DNA of 6,163 nucleotides from a virus, in the IMG/VR virus record IMGVR_UViG_3300020040_000002, positions 1-6,163 of that record; one strand, given 5' to 3'. The first letter of the stretch is position 1, and each line of letters opens with the position of its first letter. The notes under the pieces were generated by a model. It saw only the letters and a program-made list of their open reading frames with translations. It was not told the origin of the DNA and did not search any database. A program made the translations under genes and the position numbers. Shown one piece after another: positions 1 through 5,772 of the stretch.

Positions 1-54
1 CTTGAACTTGATTGCGATGAAAGCACGACGAAAGAAAAAAGGAAGAGGGACTAA
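1..54 (+). CDS. Duplicated 3' fragment (last 17 codons plus TAA) of the 107-aa ORF at 5773..6096; an artefact of the terminal redundancy
   Basis: Translates to LELDCDESTTKEKRKRD*, identical to the C-terminus of ORF 5773..6096. Confidence 0.8.
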   Translation, partial: LELDCDESTTKEKRKRD

Positions 55-121
55 GGTTGTAACCCGTCCGCTTGGAGGTCGGGTCCTTTAGGCCGTCGGC
101 TCCCAGGGGAGTCGCTCTCCC
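1..121. repeat. Terminal direct repeat, copy 1 (assembly overlap of a circular molecule)
   Basis: Read by eye: 1..121 (cttgaacttgattgcgatg...gagtcgctctccc) is identical to 6043..6163. Confidence 0.97.
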
Positions 122-135
122 CTGGGATTCTTTTT
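101..135 (+). terminator. Rho-independent terminator downstream of the 107-aa ORF
   Basis: A perfect 11-bp GC-rich stem, tcccaggggag (101..111) paired with ctcccctggga (117..127), has a 5-nt loop tcgct and is followed directly by ttcttttt (128..135). It lies 47 nt after the TAA at 52..54. The start of the second copy is visible at 6143..6163. Confidence 0.8.
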
Positions 136-147
136 ACCCTCAAACTC

Positions 148-281
148 ACCGAATTTATTCGGTATATAGTTCGTGAAGTGAAGCCATGGAGCTCGAAGAC
201 GCGAAGCGTCCCGGCCGTTAAGGCCGTCGAGCGGCGTAACGAAACAGTTTTCGCGCTCGAAAGTACCGTCTTTCGAAGCGC
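148..281 (+). other. Cluster of stem-loops in an ORF-poor region; candidate ssDNA origin or regulatory region
   Basis: Hairpins read by eye: accgaa/ttcggt at 148..163 (loop ttta); gacgc-GAA-gcgtc at 198..210 (contains GCGAAGC at 201..207); cggcc-gttaa-ggccg at 212..226; gcgctcgaaag/ctttcga(a)gcgc at 253..281 (11 bp with one bulged A). A direct repeat AGGCCGTCG occurs at 90..98 and 221..229. Confidence 0.6.
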
Positions 282-300
282 AAAGTATTATTCTTCGACT

Positions 301-501
301 ATGGATTTATTTGATTTTCGCCCCCGTTTTTCTCCTGTGATCAACAGTATTCCCTACCGTTTCTCTATTGGAGCCTATCGCGGCCGCAAGCGCGTTATTA
401 TTGCCTGGTTTTCCGAAGAAGAGCCCGCCAATGATTACCTCATTCGCTGTCGTCTCGATCATCCTGCTATCAAATTTGACTGCCTTAGAAGTTTTTTGTG
501 A
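301..501 (+). CDS. Hypothetical 66-aa protein whose stop overlaps the Rep start
   Basis: This is the ATG-initiated part of ORF 178..501. By hand count about 54 of 66 third codon positions are T/C, like the structural genes, against about 21 of 41 in the upstream part 178..300. The stop TGA (499..501) shares its A with the Rep ATG (501..503). No homology recognised. Confidence 0.5.
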   Translation: MDLFDFRPRFSPVINSIPYRFSIGAYRGRKRVIIAWFSEEEPANDYLIRCRLDHPAIKFDCLRSFL

Positions 502-1571
502 TGCCTTGCCTCTCTCCCATATGGATACGCAATCGCCGCTATTTCGACAAGAAGAATCCCTGTCGTAATGGCTCTGATGTCGCTAAGTCCGCCCTAGCTC
601 TTCGTCCCTGGGATATCGCTCGTCAATGGCTCATGGTTCCGTGTGGAAAGTGCGAAGACTGCCTGCGTCGTCAGCGTAATAATTGGTTCGTTCGCCTCGA
701 GCGCGAACTCGCTCGTTGTAAGGCCAATAGTCAGCAGGCTATTTTCATTACGATAACCATAGCTCCGAAGTACTACAATGAAGCATTACAGGACCCCTCT
801 AAGTTTATTCGACGGTGGAATGAGAGAGTTCGCCATTCGCTCGGACACTCTTTCAAGCATGCGTTTTTCCAAGAGTTCGGGACTCACCCGGAAATAGGAT
901 CGGAGCCGCGCCTTCACTTTCACGGTTTTCTTTTCGGGACCAACTGCCTCTACAACGACATCCGGTCGGCTGTCGGTGATCTCGGCTTTGTTTGGCTTGG
1001 AAAAGGCACGCATAAACGTGCTCGATACGTTGTTAAATATGTTACTAAACAAATTCAGTTTAATCCCGAAGACGTTTCGGATAAATTTGTTACCATAAAT
1101 GGAAAAGCTACAGCTCTGTCTTGCCTCCTCCAACATCGCCGTTATACGCGAAAATTCGTATCTGCTGGCGTTGGTGATTTTCTCGGTTATATGCCTCGCC
1201 CTTCTCTTCGTACTTCGACGTGGTCTTATTTTGACTTTGAGAAGCGTATCAATTATAACTACTCGATTCCTCGATATTACCTTAGATACCTTAAACCGGA
1301 AGACGATGTTGCTCGCTCGATTACCGCTGCTGACTCTTACGCACATTTTAGCAAGTCTCCTCTGGTTAAGCGTATTGTGTCTTTGTGTGTTGAACGGTTC
1401 AATCTCCAATCCTCCGTATCCCGTAGAGAGGCATACACGTGGGAACAAAAGCAAATGATGCGCTTTTCTGCGTCCTCTCGCAAGATGCCGGATTTCGATC
1501 CTCCTACCTGGTTGGATTTGGATATTCTCCAGTTTTGGGAAGACCACTATAAACTTCAACTAAACATTTAA
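501..1571 (+). CDS. VP4: Replication initiation protein (HUH rolling-circle endonuclease, Microviridae VP4 / phiX174 gpA-like)
   Basis: N-terminus CLSPIWIRN, a cysteine cluster PCGKCEDC, motif FITITI (744..761), HUH motif LHFHGFLF (HFH at 915..923) and the two-tyrosine catalytic motif ARYVVKYVTK (Y-x3-Y at 1026..1040), as in phiX174 gpA. An alternative GTG start lies at 498. Confidence 0.93.
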   Translation: MPCLSPIWIRNRRYFDKKNPCRNGSDVAKSALALRPWDIARQWLMVPCGKCEDCLRRQRNNWFVRLERELARCKANSQQAIFITITIAPKYYNEALQDPSKFIRRWNERVRHSLGHSFKHAFFQEFGTHPEIGSEPRLHFHGFLFGTNCLYNDIRSAVGDLGFVWLGKGTHKRARYVVKYVTKQIQFNPEDVSDKFVTINGKATALSCLLQHRRYTRKFVSAGVGDFLGYMPRPSLRTSTWSYFDFEKRINYNYSIPRYYLRYLKPEDDVARSITAADSYAHFSKSPLVKRIVSLCVERFNLQSSVSRREAYTWEQKQMMRFSASSRKMPDFDPPTWLDLDILQFWEDHYKLQLNI

Positions 1572-1574
1572 TTT

Positions 1575-3365
1575 ATGGGAAAACAACCTTTTATTTCGCA
1601 TGCTGTAAATGGTTATTCTCGGTACGATGTTCCTGAGAGTAAAGCTTTTACGTGCACACCGGGTATTTTGTATCCGGTGCGAATCGATTTTATTAACGCT
1701 CGTGATCGCGTATCTATCGAACAAGGCATTGATGTTCGCAGCAACCCCCTTGCTGTCCCGACGTTTAATCCCTACACTGTTCGACTTCACCGCTTTTGGG
1801 TGCCGCTTCAGCTGTATCACCCTGAGATGAGGACGAATAGCAGTAAGTTCGATATGAACAACTTGAGCCTGAATTTCGTTGCCGCTGCAACAACTGGCTC
1901 TTACGAGTACACTTACAATAACTACCCTTATTCCAACTCGTTGCTTCGTTGGCTGCGTGTTATCCCCGCTTCTATACCGACCCCGACCTCGAGTAACGTT
2001 CCGATGTCTGCCAATCTTACGGCGGCTCAGTTATCGTATCCTTTAGGTTGGTGTAATGCCGATTCTTATCTTGCTTACTGGGACATTGTCCGCAATTATT
2101 ACAGCTATTCCCAGTGGGGTCTCTACTCTTTCGCCTGGCCCTCCAGCTGGTGGTTCATCCCTAATAGCACTGGCACTGCGTATAACACCCCTCAGTTCAG
2201 CGACGTATCGACGTTTTTCTCGCAAAGAATCGGAAACCTCGAGTTTCTCGATGCTTATTATGAAAGCCAATTCTACCCTTCAGCTGTGCCGTCGTCGAAT
2301 AATACGTATAATAGGGGAAATCTTTTTTCCCAGATAGTGCTTTCGGACCTCGGCACTACGATTACCGCCTCCAAGAATGGCTACCCCGTTTCTACCATTT
2401 ATCCCGGAAGCACCTCGTTAACTACCGCAGGCCCCTCGAATCAACTTGCCGCTGGCCCTGGTACTACGACTGTTACTACGCTTGGAGCATTTCTTGTAGC
2501 TCATCCGATGGCCGTTATACCTTCAAATCCTGATCGTTATAGTCGCTTGCTCCCCGTCGGCAGTTCTGAGAGTGTTTCCATGTCTGGTGTTTCAACCATA
2601 CCACAGTTGGCTATTGCTTCACGGCTTCAGGAATATAAGGACTTGCTTGGTGCTGGAGGTTCTCGCTATAGTGATTGGCTGGAAACCTTTTTTGCGTCGA
2701 AGATTGAACACGTCGATAGACCTAAGCTGCTTTTTAGTGCTTCACAGACTGTCAACGTACAGGTCGTCCTGAATCAAGCAGGTCAAAACAACTTCAGTGG
2801 TCCGAGCGTCAATGGCCCTCTTGGCCAGCAAGGAGGTGCTATTGCCTTTAATGAGCGCCTTGGTCGTCGGCAATCCTACTACTTCCGTGAGCCCGGTTAT
2901 TTGATTGATATGCTGAGTATTCGCCCCGTCTACTATTGGGCAGGTATCTACCCCGACTACCTCCATTACACTGGTGCCGATTACTTTAATCCGATCTACA
3001 ATGACATTGGATATCAGGATGTTCCTGGGTTCCAGTTCGGCTTCGGAACTACTTCAGCCTCGGAGGCCGTGGCTTACGAACCGTGCTTTAACGAGTTCCG
3101 ATCCTCGTACGACGAGGTTCTTGGTCAGCTTTCCCGATTCCAAGGCACTGCTACCAGTATGCCTATCTATTCTTATTGGGTTCAACAGCGCGTTTTGTCG
3201 GCTAGCTATAACCAGTATTACTCCCTTCTGTTCGTGGATATTGACCAGGTAAACTCCCCGTTTGCCTCCAAGACAGAGGATAACTTTTTCATCAACCTTT
3301 CGTATTCTGTTCAGAAGAAGAATTTAGTTAACAAAACATTTGCAACCCGTTTGTCTAATCGCTAA
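1575..3365 (+). CDS. VP1: Major capsid protein (Microviridae VP1 / F protein family), 596 aa
   Basis: Family-typical segments: NPYTVRLHRFWVPLQLY near the N-terminus, AYWDIVRNYY, and ASRLQEYKDLLGAGGSRYSDWLETFF. Size and position directly after Rep (ATG 3 nt after the Rep TAA) also fit. Confidence 0.93.
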   Translation: MGKQPFISHAVNGYSRYDVPESKAFTCTPGILYPVRIDFINARDRVSIEQGIDVRSNPLAVPTFNPYTVRLHRFWVPLQLYHPEMRTNSSKFDMNNLSLNFVAAATTGSYEYTYNNYPYSNSLLRWLRVIPASIPTPTSSNVPMSANLTAAQLSYPLGWCNADSYLAYWDIVRNYYSYSQWGLYSFAWPSSWWFIPNSTGTAYNTPQFSDVSTFFSQRIGNLEFLDAYYESQFYPSAVPSSNNTYNRGNLFSQIVLSDLGTTITASKNGYPVSTIYPGSTSLTTAGPSNQLAAGPGTTTVTTLGAFLVAHPMAVIPSNPDRYSRLLPVGSSESVSMSGVSTIPQLAIASRLQEYKDLLGAGGSRYSDWLETFFASKIEHVDRPKLLFSASQTVNVQVVLNQAGQNNFSGPSVNGPLGQQGGAIAFNERLGRRQSYYFREPGYLIDMLSIRPVYYWAGIYPDYLHYTGADYFNPIYNDIGYQDVPGFQFGFGTTSASEAVAYEPCFNEFRSSYDEVLGQLSRFQGTATSMPIYSYWVQQRVLSASYNQYYSLLFVDIDQVNSPFASKTEDNFFINLSYSVQKKNLVNKTFATRLSNR

Positions 3366-3377
3366 TACATTGATTTT

Positions 3378-3674
3378 ATGGCACTTGATTGGTTACTCGC
3401 AGACGCTCCTGCTTATGTCTCCCGCGGTCAGCGAATTATGTCTGTTCTTGACGGTTCTGGCTCTGTCGACGTTTTGCCTGGCCGCCCAGACGTAGTGGTT
3501 GAGCCCTCTGACTTCGACAAGGGCGAGAAGTTTAACCCTGAAATCGATTTCGACCCTAATTCGTTCTCTCGTATGGATAAGTTTGATGGTCTCGAGGTTG
3601 GTCAGGAACTCATTGATTCTCAGTTAGATAAGGCTAAGTCTACCTCAAAGCCCTCTAACACTGAAGAAAAATAG
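3378..3674 (+). CDS. Hypothetical acidic 98-aa protein; possible scaffolding-type protein
   Basis: The ATG lies 12 nt after the VP1 stop. T/C-rich third positions match neighbouring genes. The protein is rich in D/E (DFDKGEKFNPEIDFDPNSF). Function is inferred only from charge and position next to the capsid gene. Confidence 0.6.
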   Translation: MALDWLLADAPAYVSRGQRIMSVLDGSGSVDVLPGRPDVVVEPSDFDKGEKFNPEIDFDPNSFSRMDKFDGLEVGQELIDSQLDKAKSTSKPSNTEEK

Positions 3675-3704
3675 TATATCCTTTACTTGACGATATATGC
3701 TACG

Positions 3705-3782
3705 TGCGCGGACCCCTTCTGTGAGAGTTCGTGAATCGCTGAAGGTTATTGGTAACGACTGCAGGAGAGGCCGCGCATTTTT
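3705..3782 (+). terminator. Long imperfect hairpin followed by a T5 run; terminator-like, and possibly an ssDNA structural element
   Basis: Base stem tgcgcgg (3705..3711) pairs with ccgcgca (3771..3777). A second helix 3713..3721 / 3762..3770 has one C-A mismatch and one G-T pair. A third helix agt(t)cgt 3726..3732 / acgact 3755..3760 follows, then a 22-nt apical loop, then ttttt (3778..3782). It starts 31 nt after the stop of the 98-aa ORF. Confidence 0.55.
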
Positions 3783-3832
3783 ACTATCGTTCTTTATTCA
3801 ATTGTTTACACCATTGTGGCGAGGTGACGTAT

Positions 3833-3859
3833 TTCGCGGTTCGGAGAACCGCCCCGAAC
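3833..3859 (+). other. Pair of mutually exclusive hairpins upstream of the lipoprotein-VP2 gene pair
   Basis: gcggttc (3836..3842) pairs with gaaccgc (3846..3852) around triloop gga, 7 bp. Alternatively gttcgg (3839..3844) pairs with ccgaac (3854..3859), 6 bp. The two folds share nucleotides and cannot coexist. Confidence 0.45.
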
Positions 3860-3904
3860 GAAGTGAGGGTACGGCACCGTAGCTTCCCCTTAATTTTTAA
3901 TGCC

Positions 3905-4096
3905 ATGTCAGACGTTAAACAACCCTTCTACAAGTCTAAGGCGTTCTGGACACTCATTTCGTCCATCGTTGCTGCATTGGCTGCTTTTTTTCTTGCTTCG
4001 TGCTCGGCTCAAGCTAAGATGCAGCGTAGTGGCGTTCACATAGACACCGTTCGTGTCGATTATATTATTCGTTCTAGAAATTTAACTCACGTGTAG
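3905..4096 (+). CDS. Small predicted lipoprotein precursor (63 aa; 31-aa mature peptide)
   Basis: Sequence MSDVKQPFYKSKAFWTLISSIVAALAAFFLASCSAQAK... has a basic n-region (K5, K10, K12), a hydrophobic core and a lipobox L-A-S-C with Cys33. Third-position T/C bias is like the other genes. The TAG stop (4094..4096) sits one nt before the VP2 ATG (4098). The upstream part of ORF 3749..4096 has only a TTG start and overlaps hairpins. Confidence 0.65.
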   Translation: MSDVKQPFYKSKAFWTLISSIVAALAAFFLASCSAQAKMQRSGVHIDTVRVDYIIRSRNLTHV

Positions 4097-4097
4097 T

Positions 4098-5360
4098 ATG
4101 CCTATACCTATCGCTGCCGCTGGCGCCGCTGCTTCTTTTGGTCGCGCCCTTGGCGGATCCGCCGCCTCTACTGGCTCTACCGGTTTAATAAACGGTTTTT
4201 TAGGTCAACTTTTTGGAGGCATGAATGCTCGCCGTCAGTGGCGATATCAGCAAAAACAGATGAAGCTTCAGCAGCAGTATGCTCTCGAGCAGATGCAGAA
4301 GCAGTCTGAACTCTCCTACGCTAATTGGCAAAAACAGTTCGATTATGAGAACGCTTACAATGATCCCTCGAAAGTTTTCGATCGCTATCTGAAAGCTGGC
4401 GTTACTCCTGCCGCCGTACTCGGCTCTTCTGGTGTCGGAGTAAATGCTACTATGTCTGGCGGCTCAGCCTCTATGCCCTCCGCCTCCGGTCCTTCGGGCG
4501 GCTCGCCTATCGCTCCTGGCGGTTTCGCAGCTTCTGATCCTGTGGCTATTGCGCAGAATATGATGGCTCGCTCCTCAGTTAATCGCAACGACGCTGCTGC
4601 TAATCGTGATAATGCTGAGGCTGAACTCATGAGAGGCAATACTCATAGTACTGACTGGCGGAAGGAGATGGATACCCTGGAGAAGAAGTCGTTAGAGCAT
4701 CACATTGACAATGTTTCCGAGTTAGTCCGCCTTAATCGCGCTCTAGCTGACATCCATGCTGCTGATGCCCAATACGCCGATCTTATGGCTACGTACAAGT
4801 TTCAAGACTTCCTTACCATGTATGCGAAACATGTTGAAGAGGCAAATCAAATCAAGAAGTATAACGACAAATACTTCGATTCTGTTTATGCCGCTCAAAT
4901 CGCTCGGGATTTCGCCGCCGCTTACGAATCCTCTTCCTCCGGTGATGTCTTGCAGGTTGAGTCTGAGGTTCTCAAGGTTAAGCTGGCTGATCTCCGTGAG
5001 TGGTTCAACCTCAATTGGGATTCCGAGATTGATGTCCCCGAAGTCAATGAGAAAGGTAAGCCCACCGGTAAGACGGTGAAGATGACAGGTCGCCAGATTC
5101 ATCAGAAGCTTATGGGTCTCGCCGTCTCGGAAGGCGAACAGGATCTCTCAGGTCGTTGGTTTCACAATCGATCCAGCAAGAATGCTTTTGGTTATAGCAT
5201 GGCGAGAACCGCTCTGCTTGGCGCCATGGCTCTTACCGGCTCGGTTGCGGCGAAGCGTCCCGCTGCTGCTGGTTACGATGAAAGTAAAGAGGTTTACGGC
5301 AAGGATGGCCGATACGCTGGCACAACAATGACTAGCCGTCGTTATATAGAGAAAGAATGA
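4098..5360 (+). CDS. VP2: Minor capsid / DNA pilot protein (Microviridae VP2, phiX174 H-like), 420 aa
   Basis: The N-terminus is Gly/Ala-rich (PIPIAAAGAAASFGRALGG). It is followed by a Q-rich coiled segment and the family-typical ENAYNDPSKVFDRYLKAGVTPAAVLG block. Position after the capsid module also fits. Confidence 0.85.
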   Translation: MPIPIAAAGAAASFGRALGGSAASTGSTGLINGFLGQLFGGMNARRQWRYQQKQMKLQQQYALEQMQKQSELSYANWQKQFDYENAYNDPSKVFDRYLKAGVTPAAVLGSSGVGVNATMSGGSASMPSASGPSGGSPIAPGGFAASDPVAIAQNMMARSSVNRNDAAANRDNAEAELMRGNTHSTDWRKEMDTLEKKSLEHHIDNVSELVRLNRALADIHAADAQYADLMATYKFQDFLTMYAKHVEEANQIKKYNDKYFDSVYAAQIARDFAAAYESSSSGDVLQVESEVLKVKLADLREWFNLNWDSEIDVPEVNEKGKPTGKTVKMTGRQIHQKLMGLAVSEGEQDLSGRWFHNRSSKNAFGYSMARTALLGAMALTGSVAAKRPAAAGYDESKEVYGKDGRYAGTTMTSRRYIEKE

Positions 5361-5383
5361 ACAGTCTTTTCGACCTTTTGAAT

Positions 5384-5414
5384 TTTGCTCTTTGCTCTTT
5401 TTGCCTTATATTTG
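5384..5414 (+). promoter_or_regulatory. Bacteroidota-type promoter candidate (-33 TTTG / -7 TAnnTTTG)
   Basis: TTTG at 5384..5387, a 19-nt spacer, then TATATTTG at 5407..5414, which ends 26 nt upstream of the ATG at 5441. It lies in an 80-nt T-rich gap with a tandem tttgctc tttgctc (5384..5397). The consensus is recalled from Bacteroides fragilis promoter studies. Confidence 0.5.
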
Positions 5415-5440
5415 CACTGTAAACCAATAACCATACTACC

Positions 5441-5761
5441 ATGAAAAAAGTAACAAGGAAATCTAGGATCGATGATTTGATGATTGATGTTATCGAGTAC
5501 GCCTTCACAGAATGGCTCGTTCGTCGAAATTTGTACTCCGCCTTCAAGGCAAACTACAGCACTAGGCCTTTGTCTCGCGACGGTTTTCGTGATCGCCTGC
5601 GTGCTCATATCCGGCGCTCCTTCAATAACCCCGTTTTTGGCCCAAAAAACCTCGTCTCCTCTGCGTTCGTATTCCTCTTTACGCCCGAGGGTGTTGCCTT
5701 CTGGACTGCCCAGGCCGCTGCCTGGGAACGCTTTTACTCTAAGTTTCAAACAAAACGTTAA
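5441..5761 (+). CDS. Hypothetical strongly basic 106-aa protein (candidate nucleic-acid-binding protein)
   Basis: ATG-initiated with coding-like T/C third positions. By hand count about 20 K+R against 9 D+E, with N-terminus MKKVTRKSR. No family recognised. Confidence 0.65.
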   Translation: MKKVTRKSRIDDLMIDVIEYAFTEWLVRRNLYSAFKANYSTRPLSRDGFRDRLRAHIRRSFNNPVFGPKNLVSSAFVFLFTPEGVAFWTAQAAAWERFYSKFQTKR

Positions 5762-5772
5762 ATTATTCCGCC

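Noticed and set aside
178-300. GTG-initiated N-terminal extension of ORF 178..501 (107 aa)
   Set aside because: Third-position composition is near random here (about 21 of 41 T/C) against about 54 of 66 after ATG 301. The stretch is occupied by four or more GC-rich hairpins, and it has a non-ATG start. It is more likely structured non-coding DNA read open by chance.
786-1559. 257-aa ORF on the minus strand, antisense to Rep
   Set aside because: It lies entirely inside the confidently identified Rep gene on the opposite strand. Microviridae transcribe one strand only. Its sequence is R/K/I-rich and low-complexity-like with no motifs, so a long antisense ORF is best explained by the codon bias of the sense gene.
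1560-1820. 86-aa minus-strand ORF across the Rep/VP1 junction, and other short minus-strand ORFs (2043..2270, 2742..2966, 4385..4639, 4743..5102, 5758..5952)
   Set aside because: All are antisense to strongly supported genes, short, without motifs or plausible expression signals, and inconsistent with single-strand transcription in this family.
2056-3252. Hydrophobic +1-frame ORFs inside VP1 (2056..2337, 2572..2772, 2974..3252), the analogous one in VP2 (4756..5079), and 368..568
   Set aside because: All lie in the +1 frame of a real gene, where T/C-rich third positions become middle codon positions. This suppresses stops and generates Leu/Phe/Ile/Ser/Pro-rich pseudo-proteins, so the pattern is systematic rather than gene-specific.
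3383-3391. ACTTGATTG repeated at 7..15 (and its duplicate at 6049..6057) and at 3383..3391
   Set aside because: Dozens of repeated 9-mers are expected by chance in a 6-kb sequence, so it has no independent support as a second origin-like site (it is noted under the ori-like finding only).
3675-3697. Inverted repeat tatatc-11 nt-gatata after the 98-aa ORF, considered as a dif/XerCD-like integration site
   Set aside because: The arms are only 6 bp and AT-only. The 11-nt spacing does not fit the 11-6-11 dif architecture, and such repeats are expected by chance in AT-rich spacers.
3891-3898. TAATTTTT resembling the Bacteroides -7 element (TAnnTTTG) upstream of the lipoprotein gene
   Set aside because: It mismatches the final G, there is no TTTG at the -33 distance, and it ends only 6 nt before the ATG, leaving no room for a transcription start and leader.
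3697-3904. ORF 3697..3882 (61 aa) and the TTG-initiated upstream part of ORF 3749..4096
   Set aside because: Both run through the long hairpin and T-run and the second hairpin. They lack the T/C third-position bias, and 3749 starts at TTG. The ATG at 3905, which yields a complete signal peptide, is the credible start.
5342-5749. 135-aa minus-strand ORF (and 71 aa at 5332..5547) antisense to the 106-aa ORF and the promoter gap
   Set aside because: It is on the opposite strand to every other gene, overlaps a + strand ORF with good coding bias, and has no recognisable motifs.
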